Below, in pieces: positions 36,667-45,938 of a DNA stretch of 64,000 bases. The notes under the pieces were generated by a model. The model saw only the letters and a list, made by a program, of their open reading frames with translations, had not been told where the DNA came from and ran no database searches. Source of the DNA: Candidatus Liptonbacteria bacterium (GTDB taxonomy: Bacteria > Patescibacteriota > Minisyncoccia > UBA6257 > JACOXY01); contig JACOXY010000014.1 in assembly GCA_016182095.1 (NCBI GenBank), positions 7,234-71,233 on the forward strand. The letters run 5' to 3'. Both the position numbers and the translations under genes were made by a program. Numbering within the stretch: position 1 is the first letter of the stretch; every line of letters begins with the position of its first letter.

Positions 36667-37365
36667 ATGAGAAATGTTCAAAGCGGAAAAACGATCCCGG
36701 CATTTCCGAATTCATTCCCATACAACGAGCTTTTGCTTAGCGGCAAGCTTTCGGCAAAAACACGCACATGGCGCTGGGGACACACAGGATTGACGCTACT
36801 CTACACATCAACAAGCACCGCTCGCGAAGTCGCTTCGGCGCATGGCCTTAATCCAAAAGGTACTCCTCGTGGCGTTCTTGTCGGCGTAGGAGAGCTCGTG
36901 CCAGTTCGAAAGCTTACTTATGCGGAAGCAAAGCGGATTGAAAGAGAGTTCGACAACAATACTGGAACAGTCAGTATCGGCGCCGGAGCTTGGCGATACA
37001 AGTTCAAAAACCTCAAGCGTTTCAAGAAACCCGTTCCATTCAAGCCACCGCAGGGAGCCGTCAGACTTTTCAACGTTCCAGTTACGGTTGTTGCAAGAGC
37101 TCTTAAAGAGGTTGGAGTTTCTACTTCAAATTTAGGGGGTCCCCAATATAGGAAGTTACCAATAGTCACAAAAACATGGAGGAAAACCGACCCGCCCAAA
37201 AAACAAGGAAAGGTCGTAAAGTTGCGCTATAGGGACTCTTTTGGCGGGGTTCGTCAGGGCAACTTTTACTGGGATAATACCGAACAAACATGGATTGAGT
37301 GTGATGACCCGGAAGGAATTGCCTTATATGAAGACGATGGATATATAGTGTTGGGCTGGCAATAG
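36667..37365 (+). CDS. hypothetical protein (232 aa), basic
   Basis: clean ORF. Confidence 0.5.
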   Translation: MRNVQSGKTIPAFPNSFPYNELLLSGKLSAKTRTWRWGHTGLTLLYTSTSTAREVASAHGLNPKGTPRGVLVGVGELVPVRKLTYAEAKRIEREFDNNTGTVSIGAGAWRYKFKNLKRFKKPVPFKPPQGAVRLFNVPVTVVARALKEVGVSTSNLGGPQYRKLPIVTKTWRKTDPPKKQGKVVKLRYRDSFGGVRQGNFYWDNTEQTWIECDDPEGIALYEDDGYIVLGWQ

Positions 37366-37438
37366 TAATTTCACATTAATAGCGGCTAATAGTATCGGGC
37401 CGCTTTTTGATTTTTTTATAATTTGCTATACTAATCTC

Positions 37439-38536
37439 ATGCTAAAAGACAACTCCCCTGTTATAAAAATAGTTAAAAAAACCCTGCCGGCGGTAATTTC
37501 AATTATTATTTCCAAAGATGCCAAAGAGGTTCAAAAAGAGTTGGATCAGAATTTGTCGCAGGTGCCGATCATGAATCCCGACCAGACAAAAATACCGAAA
37601 GAAGCCATAGACGCAAACGGCATGGTAAAAATTGGAGGCGGATCCGGTTTTGTTGTAAATGAGAATGGCACTATTTTAACCAATAAGCACGTCATAGCCG
37701 ACCCCAAGGCGGAATACGCAATCTTTACATCTAACGGAGAAAAATATGAGGCCGAGGTACTGGCGCGCGATCCGATAAACGACGTTGCAATTTTAAAAAT
37801 TAAGCCACAAAAACCTCTGCCAGTACTCTTGCTCGGCGATTCAACCAGGGTGGAACTTGGGCAATCCGTGCTCGCATTTGGAAACGCCTTGGGAATATTC
37901 AGGAATACGGTGTCATCAGGTATAGTTTCGGGCCTTTCCCGCTCTATAGCCGCGCAGGCCGACCCAACGGCCCCGCCGCAAGAAATGAGAGGCCTAATAC
38001 AGACAGACGCCGCAATTAACCCGGGAAACTCCGGCGGGCCGCTAGTTGATATTTTCGGGAAAGCAATCGGCATCAACGCGGCGCTTTTATTCGGCGCGCA
38101 AAATATCGGGTTCGCGATCCCCATAAATCACGCGAAGCGAGATCTGGAGGATTTGTGGCATTACGGCCATATCAAAAGGCCACTCTTGGGCATAAGTTAT
38201 GTGACGGTTGATGAAAATCTAAAAGCAAAAATGAATTTACCGGTTGATTACGGGGCGCTCGTGACCGGAGAAATGCATGAGCATAAAAATATTCTGGAAC
38301 ATGACCCAACACACCGCGCCTGCGCGAGAAGCGGCATAGTAATGGATAGCCCCGCCCACAAAGCCGGCATCAGAGAGAAGGATATAATATTGGAATGCAA
38401 CGGCGAGAAACTCGGGGTGGAAAAAACAATCCAGGATTTTCTTGAGGACCTTAAAGTTGGAGACACTTTGGCGCTCAAAGTTATGCGGGGAAATAAAGAA
38501 TTCAACGCCAAGGTACTTTTAGCAGAAAGAAAATGA
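37439..38536 (+). CDS. htrA: HtrA/DegP-family serine protease with a C-terminal PDZ domain
   Basis: trypsin-like catalytic block DAAINPGNSGGPLVD; PDZ-like C-terminus. Confidence 0.85.
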   Translation: MLKDNSPVIKIVKKTLPAVISIIISKDAKEVQKELDQNLSQVPIMNPDQTKIPKEAIDANGMVKIGGGSGFVVNENGTILTNKHVIADPKAEYAIFTSNGEKYEAEVLARDPINDVAILKIKPQKPLPVLLLGDSTRVELGQSVLAFGNALGIFRNTVSSGIVSGLSRSIAAQADPTAPPQEMRGLIQTDAAINPGNSGGPLVDIFGKAIGINAALLFGAQNIGFAIPINHAKRDLEDLWHYGHIKRPLLGISYVTVDENLKAKMNLPVDYGALVTGEMHEHKNILEHDPTHRACARSGIVMDSPAHKAGIREKDIILECNGEKLGVEKTIQDFLEDLKVGDTLALKVMRGNKEFNAKVLLAERK

Positions 38537-38609
38537 TTTATATAACTCAATACTGAATCCGTATCCTATATCTGTCCGATTGGACAAATCGGATTAAGAC
38601 GAAAAAGAA

Positions 38610-38637
38610 AAGGGCGCCAACAATGGGCGCTTTTTCT
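38610..38637 (+). terminator. rho-independent terminator after htrA (GGGCGCC-AACAAT-GGGCGC followed by TTTTTCT)
   Basis: GC stem plus T-run 70 nt after the htrA stop. Confidence 0.5.
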
Positions 38638-38753
38638 GACCCTACCCACACACCAAATTCCGAATACTATCCCTCGTGGCTTGATTATTTTGCCGCGGAA
38701 GGGTTCCGCACTTCGTAACAAAAATGCTCCGACCTTTGTCGGAGCGGAGCGCT

Positions 38754-38987
38754 TCACTTGCCATCGTCGAAAAATCGTCTAAGGTTGGCGGTATTACGCT
38801 TAAGAGAGTAAAGCGCTCCTCGAATCTTTTCCGGTCCTTTGCGAAGAATTTCACCGCCAAAGCCACTTTTTGCTAAATCCCTTTCGTATTTAGAAAGTTC
38901 CTCCAAACACATGTTAATTCCGTTATCTAATTCATTTATTTCCTGCAGAGCTTCGCACACCAACTCGCCGACCTTTTTGCTATTCAT
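38754..38987 (-). CDS. small hypothetical protein (77 aa) inside the inverted-repeat-bounded element
   Basis: ORF only; no motif. Confidence 0.3.
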   Translation of the reverse strand: MNSKKVGELVCEALQEINELDNGINMCLEELSKYERDLAKSGFGGEILRKGPEKIRGALYSLKRNTANLRRFFDDGK

Positions 38988-39185
38988 TATCCTCTCGGCA
39001 CCATTGAAAACAAGCTAAAAAGAACATATCATGAAATTGCGTAAAGCACAACTTCTAACGAATTACAGGCGGTGTGCGAAAGTACAAATAAAACACAGAG
39101 ATTACAGTTCGTATTTTAGTCTTAATCCGATTTGTCCAATCGGATAGATGTAGGATAGTAAATTCGTAATTCATCATAGAAATTC

Positions 39186-40880
39186 ATGACAGTAAAAGAA
39201 TCAATCAAAAAAAATCCAGATGGAATTATAGCCAGAGCTTACGCTTTCGCGGAGAAATCGCATAAAGGCCAAAGCCGCAAAAACGGAGAAGCCTACTTTA
39301 ACCACGCGCTTGCGGCTGCCAATAATGTCGCGTCTTGGAACCTTGACGACGAGAGCGTGGCGGCGGCTCTTTTACACGACGTAGTGGAAGACACCGACGT
39401 AACACTGGAAAAACTTAAAAGGGAGTTCGGCGAAGAAATCGCCTTTCTTGTGGATGGCGTGACAAAAATCGGCAAAATTAGATATCGGGGCATTGAAAAC
39501 CAGGTTGAAAATCTGCGTAAAATGCTTCTGGCATTAAGCGAGGACATCAGAGTAATAATCATAAAACTCGGAGATAGACTGCATAACATGAAAACTTTAT
39601 CTTCCGTGCCGCGCGAGAAGCAAAGAAGAATCGCCCTGGAAACAATGGAGATATACTCGCCCATCGCCTATCGGCTTGGGATGCAGCACTTGTCCGGAGA
39701 ACTGGAAGATCTGGCGTTCCCATATATATATCCGCAAGAATATACCTGGTTAAAAAAAGAAGTTAAAGACGCCTATGAAAAAAGAGCTAAATACCTGGAA
39801 AGAGTAAAGAAAGCTCTTCTCCAGGAATTACAAAAAAATAAATTGCATCCGTTATTTATAGATTTTCGCGCCAAGCGATACGCCAGTCTCTACAAAAAAC
39901 TTCTGCGCTACGACATGGATATAAACAAAATCTACGACCTGGTAGCGTTAAGGGTAATTATGGAAAATGTTTCCGAGTGCTATGCCGCACTGGGGATAGT
40001 TCACAACCTGTGGCCACCTGTTCCGGGAAGGATTAAGGATTACATAGCCATGCCCAAACCCAACGGATACCGAAGTCTGCACACCACCATTATTTGCCTT
40101 GATGAAGTTATAACCGAAATTCAGATTAAAACCAAAGAAATGCACGAGGAGGCGGAGAATGGAATTGCCGCTCATTGGCTCTATGAACAGACCAAAGGAA
40201 CCGGAAAAAATATGCAAAAAAGGTCAATTTCTCCCGATAAGAAAGAATTACAATGGGTAGAGCAGTTAAGAAATTGGCAAAAAGAATTTTCTAATCCCGA
40301 AGAATTTTTGGATTCCCTGAAGATTGATTTCTTTAGAGACAGAATATTCGTCATTACGCCGCGCGGAGAAGTTCGCGACCTGCCAGTTGGAGCAACTCCG
40401 ATTGATTTTGCCTATCAAATACATAGCGATGTCGGCAATTCCTGTTCCGGAGCTAAGGTGAACGGCAAAATCGTGACGCTTGACCATCAACTGCAATCGG
40501 GTAATGTAGTTGAGATTATAACTCAAAAAAATAAAAAACCGTCCTCGTCATGGTTAAATTTTGTAAAAACAGCCGGCGCCAGAAATAAGATCAAATCGGC
40601 GCTTAAGGGAAGCGACTCGCTTGCCGCGCCCACCAAATTAGCCAGAATAGAATTCAAGATTACAGCTGAAGATAAATTGGGATTATTGAAGGACGTAACA
40701 ACAATAATATCCAGAGCGCACGTTAATATAGTTTCGGTAAACACCGGTGGACAGGGCGCCTCCAAGTTCCATGTATTAAAAATACTCTGTGACGGCATAA
40801 ATAAAGACAAGGCGGAAAAACTCGCGATAAAATTAAAGAGCGTAAAAGAAATTAAAGAACTAAGCTACAAGTTTATTTGA
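39186..40880 (+). CDS. rel: bifunctional (p)ppGpp synthetase/hydrolase (RelA/SpoT homolog), short form
   Basis: HD hydrolase motif (HDVVEDT), synthetase domain, TGS and ACT-like C-terminus; 564 aa. Confidence 0.9.
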   Translation: MTVKESIKKNPDGIIARAYAFAEKSHKGQSRKNGEAYFNHALAAANNVASWNLDDESVAAALLHDVVEDTDVTLEKLKREFGEEIAFLVDGVTKIGKIRYRGIENQVENLRKMLLALSEDIRVIIIKLGDRLHNMKTLSSVPREKQRRIALETMEIYSPIAYRLGMQHLSGELEDLAFPYIYPQEYTWLKKEVKDAYEKRAKYLERVKKALLQELQKNKLHPLFIDFRAKRYASLYKKLLRYDMDINKIYDLVALRVIMENVSECYAALGIVHNLWPPVPGRIKDYIAMPKPNGYRSLHTTIICLDEVITEIQIKTKEMHEEAENGIAAHWLYEQTKGTGKNMQKRSISPDKKELQWVEQLRNWQKEFSNPEEFLDSLKIDFFRDRIFVITPRGEVRDLPVGATPIDFAYQIHSDVGNSCSGAKVNGKIVTLDHQLQSGNVVEIITQKNKKPSSSWLNFVKTAGARNKIKSALKGSDSLAAPTKLARIEFKITAEDKLGLLKDVTTIISRAHVNIVSVNTGGQGASKFHVLKILCDGINKDKAEKLAIKLKSVKEIKELSYKFI

Positions 40881-40890
40881 TCAGCATACT

Positions 40891-42015
40891 CTAAATTACA
40901 AAATCGTCTGAATAGCCCTCATCCATGTCATCGCCGCCTTCAGCGCCATTTTTTGCAAGTTTAAGCGCTATTCCCTTTAACTCCTCGGGAGAATAAAAGT
41001 CAATCATAATTTTGCCGCTTCCCCCGCTCTTTTTTATAGTAACCGGAGCGCCGAAAAACAGTTCTAATTGCTCTTTCAAATCAATGATTTCTGGGTCTTC
41101 ATAATCATCCATTTCATAAGGTGCGCTACCCGCTTCTTCCTTCATTTTAGCTACTTGTTTGATCTTATTCCGCAGTTCACGGACGCTTAAATTACTTTTC
41201 AAAATCTCGTCAAACAGTTTTTCTTGGTCACGGGGACTTGAAACCATAAGCAACATTCTTCCCTGACTCTCGTTAAGTTTGCCTTGCGTTAAAGCTTCCT
41301 GGACAACCGTGGGCAAACTTAGAAGCCGCATGGTATTAGCGATGCTTTCTCTGCTTTTGCCAAGCCGCGTGGCTATTTCCCTCTGTGTAAGCCGAAATTC
41401 ATCCTGGAGACGGGAAAATGCTCGAGCCGCCTCAATTGGATTTAAATCCTCGCGCTGGAGGTTCTCAATAATGGCCATCTCCAATTGTTCTTTTGGTGGT
41501 GATGGCTTCCTTATTATTACCGGCACCCTTTCTAAGCCGGCAATTTCGGCGGCGCGTAATCTTCGTTCACCGGCAATAAGCTGATAAGAAACATCTTGGC
41601 CAGACTCTGTTTCGTGCTCAACTTTAGAGACCAAAAGCGGCTGGAGAACCCCGAACTCCGCGATGGAGCGGGCTAGGTCATGAAGGGCTTCCGGATCAAA
41701 ATTCCGGCGCGGCTGTTCAGGATTGGGAGTAATTTTTGCTGTCTCAATGTGAAAAACAGGGCTTACCTCTAAATCCCTGGCCTTGCCGATAGATTTTCCC
41801 ATGCCTGACTCGTAAGCCGGCTTCATATGGCCACCCACAAAAGGATCGCGGCTAGGAATCTCCGGAGGGGTGAGGCGCGTATTTTCTTGCTGTAAATTCA
41901 TGGATGCAAAATCAGTTGAATTATTTAAATTCATTTCTTGAGGCGCCCGCCCCTCATTCTTCAGATTGTCTGGAGAGTGGGGGGGTATTAATGATTCAAG
42001 ACCGCGACCGAGCAT
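40891..42015 (-). CDS. parB: chromosome partitioning protein ParB with a Pro-rich N-terminal region
   Basis: ParB box ...GLERVPVIIRK...IIENLQREDLNPIEAARAF...; start taken at Met15 (MLGRGLESL); the upstream in-frame TTG extension overlaps the family-2 leader. Confidence 0.85.
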   Translation of the reverse strand: MLGRGLESLIPPHSPDNLKNEGRAPQEMNLNNSTDFASMNLQQENTRLTPPEIPSRDPFVGGHMKPAYESGMGKSIGKARDLEVSPVFHIETAKITPNPEQPRRNFDPEALHDLARSIAEFGVLQPLLVSKVEHETESGQDVSYQLIAGERRLRAAEIAGLERVPVIIRKPSPPKEQLEMAIIENLQREDLNPIEAARAFSRLQDEFRLTQREIATRLGKSRESIANTMRLLSLPTVVQEALTQGKLNESQGRMLLMVSSPRDQEKLFDEILKSNLSVRELRNKIKQVAKMKEEAGSAPYEMDDYEDPEIIDLKEQLELFFGAPVTIKKSGGSGKIMIDFYSPEELKGIALKLAKNGAEGGDDMDEGYSDDFVI

Positions 42016-42158
42016 GCCATTTTTACCCAAGAGCGAAGCGATTGGCCGTAAAACCAAGCACCCCGCCCTCTAAGCAATTGATTAATAAAAAATATTTGAT
42101 TTAAATTTTAAACTAAATCCCGCAACACCTCAACAGTCTATGCGCATAGAGGGCGGGG
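42016..42158. promoter_or_regulatory. family-2 element between parA and parB: conserved leader (CCCAAGAGCGAAGCGATTGG...AAAACCAAGCACCCCGCCCTCTAAGCA), its far partner TAGAGGGCGGGG, and an about 75-bp AT-rich spacer
   Basis: 12-bp perfect inverted repeat at 42061-42072 and 42147-42158; the leader is about 85% identical to the rpsR upstream region. Confidence 0.45.
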
Positions 42159-42178
42159 TTAATTTGTTCGGCCAAGCC

Positions 42179-42982
42179 TCACAAATTAAAGTTCCCAAAT
42201 TGGGGCGACATTTGGAATTGATCTTCCTGTCTTATAATTTCTTTCGCGAGCTTGTTATAGGCATAGGCGCCTACTGAATTTGGAGCGTGTAATATAACCG
42301 GCTTTGCGAAACTTGGGGCTTCCGCCAAAGCTATGGACTTGGGTATTTCGGTATTGTAAACGTGATGCGGGAAATGCCTCCTTAGCTCCCTGCCAACCTC
42401 CCTGGATAATCGTTCGCGCTTATCATACATCGTAAGCACCGCTCCTGCAACCATGAGCGGATGGCGCAGATTGTCCCTTACTAAATTTATGGTGTGTAAA
42501 AGCTGGCCCAGTCCTTCCAGACTATAATACTCAGCCTGCACCGGGATCAAGACCTCGTCAGCCGCTATAAGACCATTTACGGTAAGCAGACTTAAAGACG
42601 GCGGCAAGTCTATTAAAATATAGTCGTAATTGTGTCTTATGCCAGTAATAAATTTTCGCAAACAGTGTTCTCTCTCCGGCATCTCAACTAATTCAATAAG
42701 AGCGCCTGCAAGATGAGGCCCAGCTGGGACATACGACAAGCCATAAAGCGCGGAGTTCTTGATTAGAGCGTGCGGTTCGCTAATGCCAAAAATACCATGA
42801 TAAATGGTGTGCTCCTCTCCCATCACATTGTGCCCTAATGCAGAACTCGCATTCCCCTGCGGATCAAAATCAATGACTAATGTGGAACGCCCGTGAGACG
42901 CAAGATAGCCGCCCAAATTTACGGCACTAGTGGTTTTTCCAACTCCCCCCTTAGCGTTACAAATTGCTATAACTCTGGCCAT
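42179..42982 (-). CDS. parA: chromosome partitioning ATPase ParA/Soj
   Basis: deviant Walker A KGGVGKTT; 267 aa. Confidence 0.9.
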   Translation of the reverse strand: MARVIAICNAKGGVGKTTSAVNLGGYLASHGRSTLVIDFDPQGNASSALGHNVMGEEHTIYHGIFGISEPHALIKNSALYGLSYVPAGPHLAGALIELVEMPEREHCLRKFITGIRHNYDYILIDLPPSLSLLTVNGLIAADEVLIPVQAEYYSLEGLGQLLHTINLVRDNLRHPLMVAGAVLTMYDKRERLSREVGRELRRHFPHHVYNTEIPKSIALAEAPSFAKPVILHAPNSVGAYAYNKLAKEIIRQEDQFQMSPQFGNFNL

Positions 42983-43270
42983 CCCTCACTCTTCAAGCAT
43001 TGATTCTCTCAACCGACGCTTGAGAGAGTAGAAACCTTTAGCAAAACGCTTAAGTTGCTTCTCGCGATTAAGCGCATCTGTTTTAGACCTATAACTTTCA
43101 AAATATATTAATGTCATTGGAAGCAGATGTTTAGTAGATTGAACCAGCCTTTTACTATGTTTTACTAATCTTTCTCTAAGATTTGGCGCAAAGCCTATAT
43201 AGAAACTTTTATCCTTCTTTGATTGTAATACATAAACATAAAACATAGTATATGCTTGAAGAGTGAGGGA
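42982..43270. promoter_or_regulatory. family-1 long-range inverted repeat (TCCCTCACTCTTCAAGCAT ... ATGCTTGAAGAGTGAGGGA) whose 250-bp loop contains a GIY-YIG gene; the proximal arm abuts the parA ATG
   Basis: perfect 19-bp arms at 42982-43000 and 43252-43270. Confidence 0.5.
42986..43246 (-). CDS. small GIY-YIG nuclease-superfamily protein
   Basis: MFYVYVLQSKKDKSFYIGFAPNLRERLVKH matches the GIY-YIG core; start taken at Met13 so the distal repeat arm lies in its leader. Confidence 0.7.
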   Translation of the reverse strand: MFYVYVLQSKKDKSFYIGFAPNLRERLVKHSKRLVQSTKHLLPMTLIYFESYRSKTDALNREKQLKRFAKGFYSLKRRLRESMLEE

Positions 43271-43319
43271 CGATATCTTCACTTTAACTTAAAATCGTGG
43301 TAATATCAATGAGAAAAAT

Positions 43320-43405
43320 GCTTGGGTGGCGAAACGGCAACCGCGATGGACTCAAAATCCATTGATCGCAAGATCTTGAGGGTTCGATTCCCTCCCCAAG
43401 CACCA
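43320..43405 (+). tRNA. tRNA-Leu (anticodon CAA), long variable arm, CCA encoded
   Basis: GCUUGGG acceptor, anticodon loop CUCAAAA, variable hairpin, T-arm GAGGG-UUCGAUU-CCCUC, 3' CCCAAGC-A-CCA. Confidence 0.85.
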
Positions 43406-43611
43406 CAAAGGAAATTGCAAACTATTAAAGAAAAATTTTAATCATTTGATTTAAGAGTGAAAAATGGCCTGAAATAGGGCTATTTTGTTATTTTCGCACA
43501 AACCTTGACTTTTCATACTAAATATGCTAAACTATCAGCAGTCGTGGAATTGTAAATCCATGTCTCATTCGTGAGGGAATCACGATAACCAGTATCTTGA
43601 GGAGGTTAATC

Positions 43612-44007
43612 ATGCAGGAACTCGGAACGGGTGTTCTGAACTGGGACATCGACGAGCGGTGTTCCGATCGCTACGGACAGGTTTTTCTTCTTTCCTCGCC
43701 TGACAGTGAGGAACGAGTCAAGCTCGTCCAAGTGAAGGGTGGCGTGCGCGGGCGGCTTATGGCCATCGTCAAGGAGACGAGGCAGTCCCGCCACATCGGC
43801 GACCTTTTCCACGGTGTGTTTCCCAAGACCCCGAAAGTGGGCCAGAAGATCACGCTGGGCGAAGGAACGCTGTTCTTCCGAAACTACAACGCGGTCGGTG
43901 TTCAGCCGGACGACGGTCGAGACACACTGTGGCTCGACATCAACGGGCTCTACAAAGCCCATGAGCAGACCGTCACTCTCTACTTCGAGGAGCTTCCGGC
44001 CAACTGA
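43612..44007 (+). CDS. hypothetical protein (132 aa) encoded by a GC-rich foreign segment
   Basis: strong GAGGAGG Shine-Dalgarno 7 nt before the ATG at 43612 and sharp GC elevation, both atypical for this genome; lies between tRNA-Leu and its partial 3' duplicate. Confidence 0.55.
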   Translation: MQELGTGVLNWDIDERCSDRYGQVFLLSSPDSEERVKLVQVKGGVRGRLMAIVKETRQSRHIGDLFHGVFPKTPKVGQKITLGEGTLFFRNYNAVGVQPDDGRDTLWLDINGLYKAHEQTVTLYFEELPAN

Positions 44008-44308
44008 CGGGCGACCACAATGTCGCCTTGTCACAACGCGCCATGTCTTTGGACATCTGGCGCGTTTTACTTTTTAATAATTTGAAAGAACAAAGAATTT
44101 GCCGCTAAACCCCGCACCAGAATAAATTCGGTACGGGGCAGGGGAAAAACTTGCTTGTCCGCCGTAGCTCAAAGAGCGTAGGCGGAAAATTGTCATCCGC
44201 CCCGCCGTGGCGGGGCGAAATGCGTTCGAACTAATTCAAGTATTCTGCACCACATAGACTCGTCAAGGCGAAGTCGGGCGCGACAAAATCCTGTGGCCGC
44301 AAGGTCGT

Positions 44309-44333
44309 GAGGGTTCAAGTCCCTCCCCGCCCA
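44309..44333 (+). other. partial duplicate of the tRNA-Leu 3' end (T-arm GAGGG-UUCAAGU-CCCUC plus acceptor strand CCCGCCC-A); likely an attachment-site scar
   Basis: GAGGGUUCAAGUCCCUCCCCGCCCA versus the tRNA-Leu 3' end GAGGGUUCGAUUCCCUCCCCAAGCA; no matching 5' acceptor strand or anticodon arm upstream. Confidence 0.4.
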
Positions 44334-44404
44334 CAAAATATAAGTTAGAGCTACCGGTTGTTGCTCTTGTTTTATTTTAATCTTCTATTATATTTTAAAT
44401 AGCA

Positions 44405-44719
44405 TTGGGATTGGAGACATTAGTGCTCATCGCGAAAATTCTTTTCGGGCTTTTGGCACTCGCGCTTATCGTTGGTGTTCTCTGCGCCTTTAGATTGATA
44501 TCGGTCAATCAATCGCCAAGGACTCTAAAAATACTGGCGCGCGCTTACTTTCATGCGACGCTTGTGGGCATGCTACTCCATATATTTAATCCTTTAAGCG
44601 GGGATTTTGGAACTGTGACAATTGTATTTACGGGATGCTCGCTTGTGCTTTCCACATTTTTTGCTCTTAAGCATACAGTCTTGGAATACCGCGCTAACAA
44701 TAAAAAGAACGGCTCATAA
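44405..44719 (+). CDS. hypothetical small membrane protein (104 aa)
   Basis: hydrophobic ORF. Confidence 0.4.
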   Translation: MGLETLVLIAKILFGLLALALIVGVLCAFRLISVNQSPRTLKILARAYFHATLVGMLLHIFNPLSGDFGTVTIVFTGCSLVLSTFFALKHTVLEYRANNKKNGS

Positions 44720-44730
44720 GCCGTCATTTT

Positions 44731-45246
44731 TTATTTAGTTCCTAGAGAAAGAGCAGTTATGGCAGTATCTTTGAAACTGCGGCCTGTATAAATTAGCTTT
44801 TCTTTTTTAATAGTACCAAGAAAACCCGTGACGGCCGATGGGTAAGTCGGATCAGTTACTCTGCACCACTCTATTCCCCCATTGTCTTGCCACTCGGACA
44901 TAACATTGCCCAATCCATAAACATCGCCGCCTTTCCAATACATAACTTCTGGAAATTCCATGTGCTTGATGTGCCCGATAAGAAAGTAGCGCAAGAATGC
45001 CAGGTAGCGATATTGAGACAGCTTATTAAGAAGTGTTTTAGTAAACCGATTCGTAAGTATAACTCCCGTAGAGTATGCCGCGAAGATTAAAGATAGGGCT
45101 TGCAAATAAGGATTGCTAAAAAACGCGCTTGTCGGCGCAGAAATCATCCCGTAAGCACCGGTAATAAAATAAGCAATTAAGCCAAAAGTAAGAAAAACCA
45201 AAACTCCGATTTTAACATTCCCCCAAACATGGCGCGCCAAACCCAC
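44731..45246 (-). CDS. hypothetical membrane protein (171 aa)
   Basis: hydrophobic N-terminal half. Confidence 0.5.
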   Translation of the reverse strand: MGLARHVWGNVKIGVLVFLTFGLIAYFITGAYGMISAPTSAFFSNPYLQALSLIFAAYSTGVILTNRFTKTLLNKLSQYRYLAFLRYFLIGHIKHMEFPEVMYWKGGDVYGLGNVMSEWQDNGGIEWCRVTDPTYPSAVTGFLGTIKKEKLIYTGRSFKDTAITALSLGTK

Positions 45247-45282
45247 TTCACAACTCCAGAATATATAAATAAGCTACTTAAA

Positions 45283-45849
45283 TTATACCGCATTTCCCCT
45301 GCCAACGCCCTCGCCCAAAGGAATCTCTTTGGCCTTGGGTTGATTAAGCAATTTAAGCGATAGATAAGCGCTAAAAAACGCGGAGGCCACTCCTCCAGCT
45401 ATATCAAGCGGCCAATGAACACCGACAAAAATCCTGCCCAAGGCAACAAAAAATGCCGCCCCGAAAAGCCAATAGCCAACTTTTTTGTTGAATAAATAGA
45501 CCGCGAAAGCCAGGGTAAAGTAAAAAATAACATGTCCGGACGGGAAAGACCCAGAATTCTCATGAGCAATAAGCGGCTCAAAATTTAAAGCGAGAAAGGG
45601 GCGCGGGCTTGCATAAACATATCTAAAAGTAGCAAGTATTACTCCGGAGATAACAAGCGCCAAAAGGAGAAAAGTAAAAAAAGAAAGTTTTTGCTTTGTT
45701 GACTTGTTTTTAAATCCGAAAACGGCAACCGACACAAGTATCGCGTAGCCCAAGTACTTCGCAAAAAAAATGCCCATCCAATCCAGCGGCCAGTAAAGTC
45801 CGGCAAATTGGTGAATGAGATTGAAGAGATAGAGATTCATATAGTCCAC
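45283..45849 (-). CDS. PAP2-family membrane phosphatase (undecaprenyl-diphosphatase-like)
   Basis: PSGH motif (SFPSGHVIFYF) and the SRPF-like region (YASPRPFL). Confidence 0.75.
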   Translation of the reverse strand: MDYMNLYLFNLIHQFAGLYWPLDWMGIFFAKYLGYAILVSVAVFGFKNKSTKQKLSFFTFLLLALVISGVILATFRYVYASPRPFLALNFEPLIAHENSGSFPSGHVIFYFTLAFAVYLFNKKVGYWLFGAAFFVALGRIFVGVHWPLDIAGGVASAFFSAYLSLKLLNQPKAKEIPLGEGVGRGNAV

Positions 45850-45938
45850 GAATTTACGAATTTAGCGAATATACTAATCTTGGCAAACGCCACAAAGTGC
45901 TCAATTCATATATTAGCAAAATTCGTAAATTCGTGGAG

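Larger units (their letters stand above)
38563..39158. repeat. about 600-bp element bounded by about 38-bp inverted repeats (ATCCTAYATCTRTCCGATTGGACAAATCGGATTAAGAC); each arm contains its own hairpin; the interior holds the htrA terminator and a 77-aa ORF
   Basis: arms at 38563-38600 and 39119-39158 differ at 2 positions; MITE-like or degraded insertion (inference). Confidence 0.45.

Noticed and set aside
40891-42057. N-terminal extensions of parB (MVLRPIASLLGKNGM) and rpsR (MHPIALLLGKNGM) as real shared protein sequence
   Set aside because: Both start at TTG inside the conserved family-2 leader. The canonical ParB (MLGRGLESL) and S18 (MRQCYF) starts lie just downstream. The shared peptide is a by-product of the conserved nucleotide element.
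44161-44340. Intron-containing tRNA or tmRNA
   Set aside because: Only a T-arm plus a 3' acceptor strand is present. No complementary 5' acceptor strand (GGGCGGG) and no anticodon arm are found upstream. No tag-peptide reading frame ending in hydrophobic residues is present. The region is 175 nt, too short for a group I intron. It is better explained as a partial duplicate of the tRNA-Leu 3' end.
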